From the NCBI GenBank assembly GCA_025061115.1, contig JANZKC010000001.1:160001-224000 (forward strand): 64,000 nt of DNA, in the 5' to 3' direction. Source of the stretch: Candidatus Culexmicrobium cathedralense. Its GTDB lineage: Archaea > Thermoproteota > Methanomethylicia > Culexarchaeales > Culexmicrobiaceae. Of the stretch, positions 50,278 through 60,194 are shown piece after piece. The first letter of the stretch is position 1. Every line of letters starts with the position of its first letter. Position numbers and translations under genes: made by a program. A model generated the notes under the pieces. The model was not told where the DNA came from. It made no database searches and was given only the letters and a program-made list of their open reading frames with translations.

Positions 50278-50943
50278 CTAAACCTTAAGTTTAAGGGATC
50301 TAGCAAGTCCTTCAATGCCAAGCCCAGTCTTCGCGCTCGTTAAAATCACGGAAGCCTTAGCATTAATCTTCCTAGCATCATTCACCATTCGATCAACATC
50401 AACACCCATTACTTCAGCCAAGTCCATCTTATTAATCACTATCAAATCAGAATTCATAACAGTCATAGGGTGCTTAATGAACTTATCCTCACCTTCAGTT
50501 ACGCTGACTACAAGCACTCTCACATCAGCTCCAAGCTGAAAGTATATTGGACATATCAAGTTGCCGACATTCTCTATGAAAATAACCTTAACCCTATTAA
50601 CATCCATTTCCTCAAGAGCCCTCTTAACATGTATAGCCTCCAAGTGGCATGAACCGCCAGTATTTACCTGAACACCTTGAACCCCATGACGCAAAATTCT
50701 CTCAGTATCAACAGTTGAGGCAACATCTCCACCAATATAAGCTAATTCGCGCTTATCTCCATCATAAACTTCAATCAACCTCTCAATCAAAGCAGTTTTA
50801 CCAGCCCCTGGAGAGCCAAGAAATTCCAGAACTCGTATTCCTCTTGAACTGAAAAACTCTTTAAGCTCGCTGGCAATTTTCCTATTAGACTTCAATATTG
50901 GCTCATCAACCCTGATGACCGTGACGCTCCGCACGCACCTCAC
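50278..50943 (-). CDS. hypB: Hydrogenase nickel incorporation GTPase HypB
   Basis: GSPGAGKT, CHL, ENVGNLICP, EGEDK..KHP, NKMD. Confidence 0.93.
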   Translation of the reverse strand: MRCVRSVTVIRVDEPILKSNRKIASELKEFFSSRGIRVLEFLGSPGAGKTALIERLIEVYDGDKRELAYIGGDVASTVDTERILRHGVQGVQVNTGGSCHLEAIHVKRALEEMDVNRVKVIFIENVGNLICPIYFQLGADVRVLVVSVTEGEDKFIKHPMTVMNSDLIVINKMDLAEVMGVDVDRMVNDARKINAKASVILTSAKTGLGIEGLARSLKLKV

Positions 50944-50977
50944 CTCGATTATATGCTTATGTTAAGACTAATAATAT

Positions 50978-51634
50978 TTGCGAGGGAGCACTGTGAAGTT
51001 AAACCCCCTACCAAGGAATTTCTATGCCAGATTCAGCGTTGAAGTAGCCAAGGACCTTCTCGGAAGATTTCTAGTTAGAGAACTGCAGGGAAAGCTGCTT
51101 GTCGGAAGAATAGTTGAAGTTGAAGCCTACGGCGGCCCTGAGGATCCAGCAAGCCACGCTAGATTTGGAAAGAAGAGCTGGAATGAAGTCATGTTTGGAG
51201 AAGTTGGAAGAGCATATATTTACCAAATTTATGGAATCCACCATTGCCTAAATGTGGTAGCTAAACCTGAAAATGTGGAGGCAGGAGCTGTGCTGATAAG
51301 AGCTGTAGAGCCAATTATCGGCATTGAAACAATGATTAGAAACAGGTTTCAATCGGGAGATTGGAATGGAAAATTAAGAAACTTAACAAGTGGACCTGCA
51401 AAGCTATGCAAAGCATTTAAAATAAACTTATCATTAAATGGAGAGGACTTAACTGTCAGAGGACCACTGTACATAGCTGGCAACACTAAAGAACCATTTG
51501 AAATAATTAATTCACCAAGAATTGGAATAAAAAGAGGACTATACAAAAAATGGAGATTTTACATCAAAAATAGCGAGTACATTTCAGGCGGAAGAATAAA
51601 AACAAATAAGTTAAAAACTACTTCAAGAGCGTGA
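50978..51634 (+). CDS. mpg: 3-methyladenine DNA glycosylase (MPG/AAG)
   Basis: GRIVEVEAY, YIYQIYGIHHCLN, AVLIRA.EP, GPAKL, PRIGI. Confidence 0.92.
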   Translation: MRGSTVKLNPLPRNFYARFSVEVAKDLLGRFLVRELQGKLLVGRIVEVEAYGGPEDPASHARFGKKSWNEVMFGEVGRAYIYQIYGIHHCLNVVAKPENVEAGAVLIRAVEPIIGIETMIRNRFQSGDWNGKLRNLTSGPAKLCKAFKINLSLNGEDLTVRGPLYIAGNTKEPFEIINSPRIGIKRGLYKKWRFYIKNSEYISGGRIKTNKLKTTSRA

Positions 51635-51638
51635 AGAC

Positions 51639-51941
51639 ATGAAAATAGTTCTAATAACCCGACACTGCCTCAAAAGAGTACTTGAAAGAGCGAAAATATT
51701 GGATGAGTATGAAAGAATGAAGCTCATCGAAGAAATATTGCTTAAAGGAAAAATCGTAGATAAAAAGGGTAAAAACATTTTGGTTAAGTTCAATGAACAT
51801 TACTTAATTTTAAGGCTAAGCAGTAAGGGATTAATTGCAATTAGCTATACAAGCGGAGTTGTACCTAGAGGATTCAGCGAAAAGTTAACTAACTTGAGTT
51901 TAGAGAAGCCATTTAAATTGAAAAAACTAAAACCTAACTAA
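51639..51941 (+). CDS. Hypothetical basic protein (DUF4258/RelE-like pattern)
   Basis: ITRHCLKRVLER motif; 100 aa. Confidence 0.55.
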   Translation: MKIVLITRHCLKRVLERAKILDEYERMKLIEEILLKGKIVDKKGKNILVKFNEHYLILRLSSKGLIAISYTSGVVPRGFSEKLTNLSLEKPFKLKKLKPN

Positions 51942-52587
51942 TAATCTCGAACTTTTCAATGCAATCTGGTGGAACATAACTAACTAAAAATGTATTTTTA
52001 CCAGCTCTGTAAATTTCAAAGCCCCTAGCTCTAAGCTTTTCAGCGTTAATTATGAGTACAACTACCCTAGCACTTTTCCTCCTCGCAACAATTACTGCAT
52101 CTTCAAAATTATCTGATAAATGAACATACCTCCGGTTCATCGGCTTTAGCCCTTCAGCCAATATTTTTTGAAGAACTTCCTTGGCAGTTCCATGGAAAAG
52201 AGTTTTAACTTTAGTGTCTACATGCAAATTCAATTTAACATCAACACTATGACCATAAGTAGCTCTAATCATTCCATTCTTAACTTCAAATCTCCCCTTA
52301 GGACATGTAGCTGCAACTGCATAGATGTGAAGAGGCTTAAGCCAACTGTAAAAGCGCCTTCTCGGCAAGTATTGCTTAATCTTCCCCACAAGCTCATCAA
52401 TGCTAACAAATCCATCTTCACCTAATCTTAAATTCACAATTTCGGGCTTATGCCTCAATATTAATGATAGTAGTTTACTTAACTTCAATCGCTGTCTACC
52501 AGTTAAAATGAGCTCGCAACTCGAATTGCAATGGACTGGATCTTCAGTGAAGGAGTTGCAAACCCTACATCGATAAATGGGCTTCAC
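51934..52587 (-). CDS. kptA: RNA 2'-phosphotransferase Tpt1/KptA
   Basis: LS..LRH.P, K.RFE, IRATYGHS, HGT, R.YVHLS; N-terminal CxxC..HC. Confidence 0.92.
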   Translation of the reverse strand: MKPIYRCRVCNSFTEDPVHCNSSCELILTGRQRLKLSKLLSLILRHKPEIVNLRLGEDGFVSIDELVGKIKQYLPRRRFYSWLKPLHIYAVAATCPKGRFEVKNGMIRATYGHSVDVKLNLHVDTKVKTLFHGTAKEVLQKILAEGLKPMNRRYVHLSDNFEDAVIVARRKSARVVVLIINAEKLRARGFEIYRAGKNTFLVSYVPPDCIEKFEIIS

Positions 52588-52602
52588 ACCAAAATTTAGG
52601 TA

Positions 52603-53337
52603 TTAAAAGTCAAATAGCTTTAATGCAATTGAAAATGTCTCCCTAGCTTCTTCAATAGAAGTCACGCCCAATGCTACGCCGGCCAGGCAATTGCTCTTGG
52701 AAGCGAATTCCAAAGCCTCCTTCACGTTCAATCTACCTGCGCCCAAAATCTTCTTCCCAATAACAGGCTTTCCAATTTTACGGTAAATTTCCTTAGCCTC
52801 CACGGGAGATAAGTCCATGAAGAAGCCAGCCATGTTAAATGGAGCTAAAATTACATCGAAGTCAAAGTTCTCCTTAATAAGCCAATTAAGGGTCTTTCCC
52901 GGATAATGAGTGACCAAACCAACTATGGGGAAGAATTTTCTAGCTAAATTTAAGCCTTCCAGAACAGCTTTCCTGTTTAAAGTATCCGTTATTGCTCCAT
53001 GGATAAGCCCAGCGGTTGCATTTAGCTCTCCTAAGCGCTTAATGCTCCCATCAATGTCATCAGACAAAATAGTTCCAATAACCACTACATCCTCATCCAC
53101 CCTCTTAAGTACAGACTTAATTGAAGAGACAACCCAAGAGTATGGAAGTACTTGTATACCTCTAACGTCAAGCTCTATGGATTTAAAAACAATATCTTTA
53201 ATTCTGCTAGGATCCCTGCGAAATGCCTGATAATAAAGATAGGCCCTAGATCCAAATTGGGCAGCTCCAATGAACGGCGAGTTGCCAAGTAAAACTCTAG
53301 GAATTCTATAACCATTAATTATAAAGTAGGAGGACAA
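52603..53337 (-). CDS. Aldo/keto-reductase-like TIM-barrel protein
   Basis: G.VTH, DVILAPFN..G, GKKILGAGRL. Confidence 0.6.
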   Translation of the reverse strand: MSSYFIINGYRIPRVLLGNSPFIGAAQFGSRAYLYYQAFRRDPSRIKDIVFKSIELDVRGIQVLPYSWVVSSIKSVLKRVDEDVVVIGTILSDDIDGSIKRLGELNATAGLIHGAITDTLNRKAVLEGLNLARKFFPIVGLVTHYPGKTLNWLIKENFDFDVILAPFNMAGFFMDLSPVEAKEIYRKIGKPVIGKKILGAGRLNVKEALEFASKSNCLAGVALGVTSIEEARETFSIALKLFDF

Positions 53338-53358
53338 TAGCGCACCAAATATGATTTA

Positions 53359-54801
53359 ATGAGAAGAATAATTAAGGTTTTCCAGAAAATCTATGTTGAA
53401 CTCGCCATGAAAACATGCAGGTTCATTAAAAACTTCAACGAACTAATTGAAGTTTCAATTAAGGAAAATGCTGAAGCAAGGCGAATAGCACTTGAACTTC
53501 TTGAAGCTGGACTAGAAGCGGCAAACCCTAAAGAAGCAGTTAAAAAGCACGTTAAATTAGAAGGCGACATCCTCAACATTGGAAAATACAAATACGATCT
53601 AAGCAACATTGGGAGCATATACGTTATCGGTGCAGGAAAAGCTTCAGGAAAAATGGCTGAAGCATTAGAGGAAGTGCTTGGAGAGCGGATAAAGAAAGGA
53701 GTAGTCATCGTACCAAGAGGAGCAAGCAAGAACATTAAGGTAATGAGAATAGAGGTGATTGAAGGCGACCATCCAATTCCAAGCCAATCCTGCATTGAAG
53801 GAGCTCTAAAAATCAGGGAAATCACCGAAGAAGCTGAAAGCAAAGATCTTATAATGGCTTTAATATCAGGCGGAGGCTCATCACTACTAACTCTACCAGC
53901 AGATGAAGTAAGCATTGAAGACGTAATTACAGTTACTAATCTACTACTTAAATGCGGAGCAGACATCAAAGAAATTAACGCAGTAAGAAAGCACATATCT
54001 AAGGTTAAGGGAGGACAACTAGCTAAATGCGCATATCCAGCGAAAATTGCATCTTTAATCATATCAGACGTAATTGGAGACCCAATAGACTGCATAGCTT
54101 CAGGACCAACTGCACCAGACCCAACAACCTACATAGACGCTTACCGAGTGTTAAAGAAATATGAGCTGTGGAATAAGGTACCCCAAAGCATCAGGAAAAG
54201 AATTGAAAAAGGCCTACATGGAGAAGCACCTGAAACTCCGAAAAAGAGCGACCCAATCTTCAATAGAGTAGTAAATTTTATTATTGCAAGCAACTTGAAA
54301 GCCCTAAAAGCCATGGAAGCCAAGGCTAAGCAATTAAATTACAATGCAATAATATTGACATCCCAATTGGAGGGAGAAGCAAGACACGTCGGAAAGGTTT
54401 TTGCCTCAATTATCAAAGAAGCATCAACCACAGGCCACCCAATAAATCCACCAGCCGCAATAATAGCTGGTGGAGAAACAACAGTAACAGTCACCAGTAG
54501 TGGAATTGGAGGAAGAAATCAGGAATTAGCTCTAGGAGCCGCACTCCAAATTAAGGGGCTAAAGGGAATTGCTATTGCAGCCATGGGAAGTGATGGAATA
54601 GATGGGATGACAGACGCAGCGGGAGCACTGGTTGACGGCGAAACCATTGAAGTAGCAGAAAAAATTGGAATTGATCCCCATGCTCATCTTAAAAACAATG
54701 ATTCATATAGCTTTTTCAAGTCCATTGGAGGAAGCTTAATCCTAACAGGCTTAACTGGCACAAATGTCAATGACTTCACAGTTGGGGTAGTTGTAAAATG
54801 A
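53359..54801 (+). CDS. Glycerate 2-kinase (MOFRL family)
   Basis: GAGKAS, HPIP, ISGGGSSL, KGG.LA, SDV.GD, GGETTV, GGRNQE, TGTNVND. Confidence 0.93.
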   Translation: MRRIIKVFQKIYVELAMKTCRFIKNFNELIEVSIKENAEARRIALELLEAGLEAANPKEAVKKHVKLEGDILNIGKYKYDLSNIGSIYVIGAGKASGKMAEALEEVLGERIKKGVVIVPRGASKNIKVMRIEVIEGDHPIPSQSCIEGALKIREITEEAESKDLIMALISGGGSSLLTLPADEVSIEDVITVTNLLLKCGADIKEINAVRKHISKVKGGQLAKCAYPAKIASLIISDVIGDPIDCIASGPTAPDPTTYIDAYRVLKKYELWNKVPQSIRKRIEKGLHGEAPETPKKSDPIFNRVVNFIIASNLKALKAMEAKAKQLNYNAIILTSQLEGEARHVGKVFASIIKEASTTGHPINPPAAIIAGGETTVTVTSSGIGGRNQELALGAALQIKGLKGIAIAAMGSDGIDGMTDAAGALVDGETIEVAEKIGIDPHAHLKNNDSYSFFKSIGGSLILTGLTGTNVNDFTVGVVVK

Positions 54802-54804
54802 GCT

Positions 54805-55206
54805 TCAAGCAATTTTTATCTCACTAACCTTATCGTAAACTTCAATAGTAGCTGAAATTGGCCTAACCACTTTTAATCCTTCAGGAGTCTCCTTAACAGC
54901 ATATTCCAATCTTATCCTGCAAGGCTTGTCTTGAATTTCATACTTACTACCAGCCTCGACAATCTTACTAGCAAACTCCCTCCAAAATTCAGTAGACTTC
55001 TCACGGTCAGCCTTCTCGGCGTTAATAATAGCATAGAAAGCTCGCTTCAATCTAAAGAGAGCACCTCTACCGGTGGGAGAAATTCTCGTAATAACTTGAC
55101 GAGTGGCAATCCTCCCTTCAAGTGCAGCCAATATCTTTTCAATCTGCTCGTCACTAAAACCTTCAGCTTTCAATCTCTTAATAAGCTCCTCCTTAGTTTC
55201 AGACAA
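54805..55206 (-). CDS. Hypothetical protein resembling ThermoDBP/DUF2258 ssDNA-binding family
   Basis: RISPTGR.ALFRL...EFW...KY.I....RI.LEY...IEVY pattern, recalled similarity only; GGTGA RBS. Confidence 0.45.
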   Translation of the reverse strand: MSETKEELIKRLKAEGFSDEQIEKILAALEGRIATRQVITRISPTGRGALFRLKRAFYAIINAEKADREKSTEFWREFASKIVEAGSKYEIQDKPCRIRLEYAVKETPEGLKVVRPISATIEVYDKVSEIKIA

Positions 55207-55511
55207 TGCGAATCACCAAAATAATACTATGTGATACATGTATATTAAATATTTACTAAAATTTAGAATAAAATATACTTTCATAATATACCCATATTAA
55301 ATGATGCTGCAAAAATCATCAAGCTAGAATATAAATCACTATACATACTTCAAGTTCAGTAAGGCTAAGAAAAACTCACATCAAATGATTATAAAAATTC
55401 ATATAAATCTAATTTAAATAAAATCACTTAAACAGATTTATCAATAATTGGTATGGCATTTCATCTCGATCTAGGAAACTAAATAATTAAAAGATTATTG
55501 GAGCGATTTTC

Positions 55512-55564
55512 GGTCAGCTGTCCTGGCCATCCTCATCAATCGGCGTTCCAGCGCTCATCATCAA
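55512..55564 (-). ncRNA. Box C/D methylation-guide sRNA
   Basis: Minus strand ATGATGA (C) GCGCTGGAACG CCGA (D') T TGATGA (C') GGATGGCCAGGACAG CTGA (D); GC-rich guides within an AT-rich intergenic gap. Confidence 0.85.
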
Positions 55565-55587
55565 ACTAATATAGCGCATAATGGAAG

Positions 55588-56802
55588 TTAAGCTTTAGCC
55601 AACTTGGAAAGCTGCTCCTTTCTTTCAATTAGCTCCTTCTTTGCCTCATCAATTAATTTGGGATTAATAATTAAATCTAGAGCGGTCAGAGCTAAGACTT
55701 TAACACCTACGATTAACCCTTCATGCCCAAGCTCCGAACCTGCTGCCTTGGCAAATTCTGCTGAATGGCCTGGAGTTCCTTCAGGACATATTTTAATGAG
55801 AATTTCAATTGCCGGTATTAATTGACTTACGTTTCCAAAATCGGTTGAACCTTTACCTCTACGCTTGCTTAGCTCTTCAATCGACTCGAACTCAACACCC
55901 AAGAACTTAAAGTTTTTGAAGGCAATTTTTGCAAGAACCTCATTTGGAATTATATTTGCATAGGTGTTTGCAGTTTTGGTAAACTTCATTTTTGCACCAG
56001 TTTGAAGAGCAGCACCTTCAGCGCACTTCTTTATTTTTTCAACAACTTCCATCAGGTACTCCACGGTTTCAGCTCTAGCATAAAATCTTCCAGACGCGTA
56101 GTCTGGAACAATATTTGGAGCATCGCCTCCCTTCTCGATTATGCCATGTATCATTGCATCCTTCTTCAAGTGCTGCCTAAGCGCATTTATTGAAACGAAC
56201 GTTAGTATCAATGCTTCAAGCGCATTTACTCCTTTATGAGGAGCTCCTGCTGCATGAGCAGCTTTACCAAAAAACTCTATTCTAAATGCTTCACGAGCAA
56301 GTGAAGAGCATGCAACCGAGTTAGTGTCGCTTGGATGTATCATTAAAGCTACATCTGCTTTGGCAATCTCATCAAGCATTATCACTTTTCCACCGGCATT
56401 TTCAACATAGCCCTCCTCGGCTGGAGTGCCGAAAACAATTATTTCACCATTAAAGTTCTCCATAACCTTGCTGAGAGCTATGGCTGCGCCAATAGCGGAA
56501 GTACCAATAATGTTATGGCCACATGCATGGCCAAGCTTGGGCAAAGCATCGTACTCTGCTAGGAATGCTATTTTAGGGCCATTGCCCCTCCCATAGTAAG
56601 TTGCCTTAAAGGCTGTTGGTAAGCCGCAAATCCCCATTTCAACTTTAAATCCATGTTTTCCAAGCTCAGAAGCCAGCAGCTTGGAAGCTTTATATTCCTT
56701 AAAGCCAAGCTCGGGATTCTTGTGAATTTCACTGCTAATTTCAATAAGTCTTTCTCTCATGGAGTCAATTATGCTACAAATCATCTCCTTCAAATCTGCC
56801 AT
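55588..56802 (-). CDS. M20 family amidohydrolase (PM20D2/ACY1L2-like)
   Basis: PELGFKE, EYDALP..GHACGHN, GTPAEE, GSTDFGNVS, GHS..F. Confidence 0.92.
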   Translation of the reverse strand: MADLKEMICSIIDSMRERLIEISSEIHKNPELGFKEYKASKLLASELGKHGFKVEMGICGLPTAFKATYYGRGNGPKIAFLAEYDALPKLGHACGHNIIGTSAIGAAIALSKVMENFNGEIIVFGTPAEEGYVENAGGKVIMLDEIAKADVALMIHPSDTNSVACSSLAREAFRIEFFGKAAHAAGAPHKGVNALEALILTFVSINALRQHLKKDAMIHGIIEKGGDAPNIVPDYASGRFYARAETVEYLMEVVEKIKKCAEGAALQTGAKMKFTKTANTYANIIPNEVLAKIAFKNFKFLGVEFESIEELSKRRGKGSTDFGNVSQLIPAIEILIKICPEGTPGHSAEFAKAAGSELGHEGLIVGVKVLALTALDLIINPKLIDEAKKELIERKEQLSKLAKA

Positions 56803-56883
56803 CCATCAACCCTCCGCCAATTTGGGTTAAAAATTATTTTTAAACATACGTAAAAAATTTGTGCAAGCCAACTATTAGCAGCT

Positions 56884-57594
56884 TTAAATTGGCGAAAGCA
56901 AGTATAGCAATTTAGGTAGCTCAGCAACGCTATTTAGAATGTAATCTGCGCCAGCAAGCATCAGCTCCTCAGCACTTCTCACACCAGTTTTAACGCCAAC
57001 AAAAATTGCTCCAACCTTTTTAGCGCACTCAGCATCAAGAACGCTGTCGCCAACAACAATAACTTCGCTTGGAGATAATCCTATTAATTGAATTGCCTTC
57101 ATGAGGTGCTCCGGGTGAGGCTTCAAGTGTTTGACATCATCTCTAGTCACTATTGCGTCGAAGTATCTAGCCAGATTGAAGCGATCTAGAACCTTCATTG
57201 CAGGGCGCTTGCCACAAAGAGTATATAAAGCAACTTTAAAGCCATGCACCTTAACGTAATCTAAAACCTGTACAACACCATCAATTAATGAAAGCCTTTC
57301 AGCAGCATCCACTTCATATCTCTCAATTACCTCATACATACTGTCTATAAGGCTCGTAATCCGATTCTTTGGAAGCTGGATGCTATTAGCAAGATACATA
57401 GCTTTTTTGACAATGGCCCAAACTCCATCGGAATCGGATAGAGAGGATGTGGGCAAACCAAAATTTCTAATTAAGCTTAGTAAATCCCGCTTAAGTGCAT
57501 CCCTATCAATCGAGTAGTAGACCAAAGTACCGTCGAGATCGAATACCACGCCGCGCATCTGCATAATTAATCTCCAAATCAAATTACATTCCAA
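56884..57594 (-). CDS. HAD family phosphatase (phosphoglycolate phosphatase-like)
   Basis: FDLDGTL, KPHPE, VGDS..D. Confidence 0.88.
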   Translation of the reverse strand: MECNLIWRLIMQMRGVVFDLDGTLVYYSIDRDALKRDLLSLIRNFGLPTSSLSDSDGVWAIVKKAMYLANSIQLPKNRITSLIDSMYEVIERYEVDAAERLSLIDGVVQVLDYVKVHGFKVALYTLCGKRPAMKVLDRFNLARYFDAIVTRDDVKHLKPHPEHLMKAIQLIGLSPSEVIVVGDSVLDAECAKKVGAIFVGVKTGVRSAEELMLAGADYILNSVAELPKLLYLLSPI

Positions 57595-57732
57595 GCCTTA
57601 AAGTTTGTGGCGGACGCATTAACATCCGCGAGGTTGTCAGCGCTATTACATTATTATTTTAATTTAAGAAATAAGCTTGAAAACATAAACATCAACAATG
57701 ATCATTTTCAACTTTGATTCCATGAAGTCCAC

Positions 57733-58575
57733 CTAAATGCTGGACAAAACTTTTTGCAGAAAAGAGAAACTGCGAGCTGCAACATCAACATTCCTTCCAG
57801 GAACATATCCCTCAACTATAATAAATCCCTTGAAATTGCGTGCCCTAAGCTCGCTAAAAATTAAATTGAAGTTCAAATTCCCCTCACCAAGAGGTAGGTG
57901 AACTTCAGTACTTGTCGTATCACTAACATGTAAGTGAGTTATTTCTACATCCAGCTGCTTTATGTAATCCTCAGGGCTCATAACAGTACTTGCATGAGCA
58001 ACATCAAGCGCTAAGCCAACTTCAGCTCCACTGAGATCTTCTACCTGCTCGATCAGCTCGTTAATTTCATTTGGACCTGAAAATGTAAAATACCTCGATG
58101 TCGATTCAATGTTCTCAATTGCAATCTTCATGCCCTTATCAGCCGCGTACCTCACAACTTCTACCAATCCTCGAATAGCCAGCCTTTCTACATCTCGATC
58201 AGACATAGTACTGGAAGAAGCTTTTCCTGGATGAACCACAACGACTTCAGCATTAAGCAGTGAAGCTAGAATTACCGCTGCTTTAGCATACTGAATCGAC
58301 AGTCTTTGAACATGCGGATTTATGCTTGCCAAATTCAAATCCCATTGAGCTGCATGAATAGATGGTCTTAAATTTAATTCAATTAATTTTAATCTTAAAT
58401 TTTCAACTAAATTTAAATTTACTTTTAAAGGATCTAATATCATGGGCTCAGCCCACAACTCGAAGGCAGAATACCCTATTTGCGCAGCTGTACTGATAGC
58501 TCGAACAAGCCCTAAATCCCACAATACATTTTGAGAAACACCAATTACATATTTGCTCAACTCGCGCGCACCCAC
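57733..58575 (-). CDS. Sugar phosphate isomerase/epimerase (xylose-isomerase-like TIM barrel)
   Basis: VVHPG, AIEN, LDVAH, HVSD...HLPLG.G, IVE. Confidence 0.85.
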   Translation of the reverse strand: MGARELSKYVIGVSQNVLWDLGLVRAISTAAQIGYSAFELWAEPMILDPLKVNLNLVENLRLKLIELNLRPSIHAAQWDLNLASINPHVQRLSIQYAKAAVILASLLNAEVVVVHPGKASSSTMSDRDVERLAIRGLVEVVRYAADKGMKIAIENIESTSRYFTFSGPNEINELIEQVEDLSGAEVGLALDVAHASTVMSPEDYIKQLDVEITHLHVSDTTSTEVHLPLGEGNLNFNLIFSELRARNFKGFIIVEGYVPGRNVDVAARSFSFLQKVLSSI

Positions 58576-58729
58576 CTAACCGCTTTAAATAAATAATTGG
58601 TTAATCTAATCTTAGAAGATGCATATAAGCAGATAATTATTCTTCAAAAAAAGAGTAATGCATAAATTAAGTTACAATTAAATTTTAATATTTAGAATAC
58701 CTTATAGATTAAAATTTGAAAGTAAAATT

Positions 58730-58748
58730 TTTTAGGTAGAACCGAAAA
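58730..58748. promoter_or_regulatory. Candidate DtxR/MntR operator TTTTAGGT-AGA-ACCGAAAA
   Basis: 19-bp palindrome with one mismatch, 11 nt upstream of the DtxR-family ATG. Confidence 0.55.
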
Positions 58749-58759
58749 GAATTCATGAA

Positions 58760-59167
58760 ATGAACATCACGAAAAGGGAAGCTGAATATCTACTAATGCT
58801 TTTCAAGGAGGAGGCTTACTGCAGCAAGTACATTAGCAGCGTTAAGGTAGCTAAGAAGCTACAAGTAGCACCTTCAACTGCAGTTGAAGCACTTAAAAAG
58901 CTCGCTGAAAAAGGATTTGTCAAATACATTAAGAGAAGAGGAGTACAATTAACTTGCGAAGGACTAAAAATTGCAAGAAAACTTGTGAGAAGACATAGAA
59001 TTCTCGAAGTTCTAATCGTGAAAATCGCAGAAGTAGATGTTGATACTGCCTGCTCTATGATTAGGGGATTAGAATTTGAAGTTAACGATGAATTGATGGA
59101 ATTACTCAATGATGCCCTTGGAAAACCGCGATGCTGCCCTCATGGCTACGAAATTCCAGAGGTGTAG
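58760..59167 (+). CDS. DtxR/MntR family metal-dependent repressor
   Basis: EYL, VAKKL.V..STAVEALKKL, RRHRILE, P..CPHG..IP. Confidence 0.9.
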   Translation: MNITKREAEYLLMLFKEEAYCSKYISSVKVAKKLQVAPSTAVEALKKLAEKGFVKYIKRRGVQLTCEGLKIARKLVRRHRILEVLIVKIAEVDVDTACSMIRGLEFEVNDELMELLNDALGKPRCCPHGYEIPEV

Positions 59168-59170
59168 ACA

Positions 59171-60193
59171 ATGCGCTTACAAGCTTCAATACTATTAACT
59201 TCATTAATATTAATTGCAACACTCCAATCCACCATAATCTACGTACAGTGCATCAACAATAAACTAATCATAGTAACTTCAATTGAAACGCTCTCACTCA
59301 TAGCCAAGGAAATTGGCGGAGATAAACTTGAAGTGCACACCCTACTTCCAGAAGAAGCGGAGCCTCATGCAATTCAATTCACCCCAAAAATGCTTGAGTT
59401 AATTCGCAATGCTTCACTTCTCATTCTAACTGGTCATTTTGAATTTGAAAATGAATTAATATCCACAGTGAATATCCCATACGTCTCTCTAAACGACTAT
59501 GTAGCTCACGGCTTGAAATTGTTAGAAATTCCTGATAATGGAATTAACGTGCATGGATACTGGCTTCACCCAACAAATGCCATTGCCATTGCCGAAGCAA
59601 TAGTAGAAAAACTACGTAAAATAGATCCAGTTAATGGAGACTATTATACAATGAAATTAAATGAATTTAAATTGAGAGTAAACAAGTTTCTTAGCAACGT
59701 AAATTCAAGCTTAATTGAAAATTATGGGCTTAATTGGATTGAAGTTGTAGTAGCATTTCCCGCAGCCCAGTACGTTCTTGAAGCTCTTCAAATGAAAATT
59801 GGAGCTTTTCTAAGTAAAGGCCATGAAGCCTTTGTCGGAGGAAGCGAGCTTGCGAGAATTGAAGAGAAACTGAAGAGGAGAGAATATAAACTCATAGTAT
59901 GCCCGGACATCATCATGAAAACACAGCTCAGCGATTATGTCAAGCAAATATCTAAGGACACTGGAGCTCCAATAGCATTAATAAAAACCATTGGAGGCAA
60001 AGAATTTACTTCATATGTTGAATTAATTTCATATAATTTTGGAGTCATAATTGGAGCTCTATCTGCAAGCAGCTTCGCAGAACCAAGTGAAGCAAGAGGA
60101 TTCACCCATCTGGATGTAATGCTCATAATTGTATCTTTAGTACTTGCAATAATCGCTACGATCGAAGCATGGGTGATAATTGGGAGGATTTAA
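59171..60193 (+). CDS. Zn/Mn ABC transporter substrate-binding protein (ZnuA/TroA cluster) with C-terminal TM
   Basis: Signal peptide, EPH, NVHGYWLHP.NA, DP.NG.YY. Confidence 0.82.
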   Translation: MRLQASILLTSLILIATLQSTIIYVQCINNKLIIVTSIETLSLIAKEIGGDKLEVHTLLPEEAEPHAIQFTPKMLELIRNASLLILTGHFEFENELISTVNIPYVSLNDYVAHGLKLLEIPDNGINVHGYWLHPTNAIAIAEAIVEKLRKIDPVNGDYYTMKLNEFKLRVNKFLSNVNSSLIENYGLNWIEVVVAFPAAQYVLEALQMKIGAFLSKGHEAFVGGSELARIEEKLKRREYKLIVCPDIIMKTQLSDYVKQISKDTGAPIALIKTIGGKEFTSYVELISYNFGVIIGALSASSFAEPSEARGFTHLDVMLIIVSLVLAIIATIEAWVIIGRI

Positions 60194-60194
60194 T

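Noticed and set aside
57620-57639. Short GCGGA...TCCGC hairpin upstream of the HAD gene
   Set aside because: Too short to distinguish from chance; no other RNA motif
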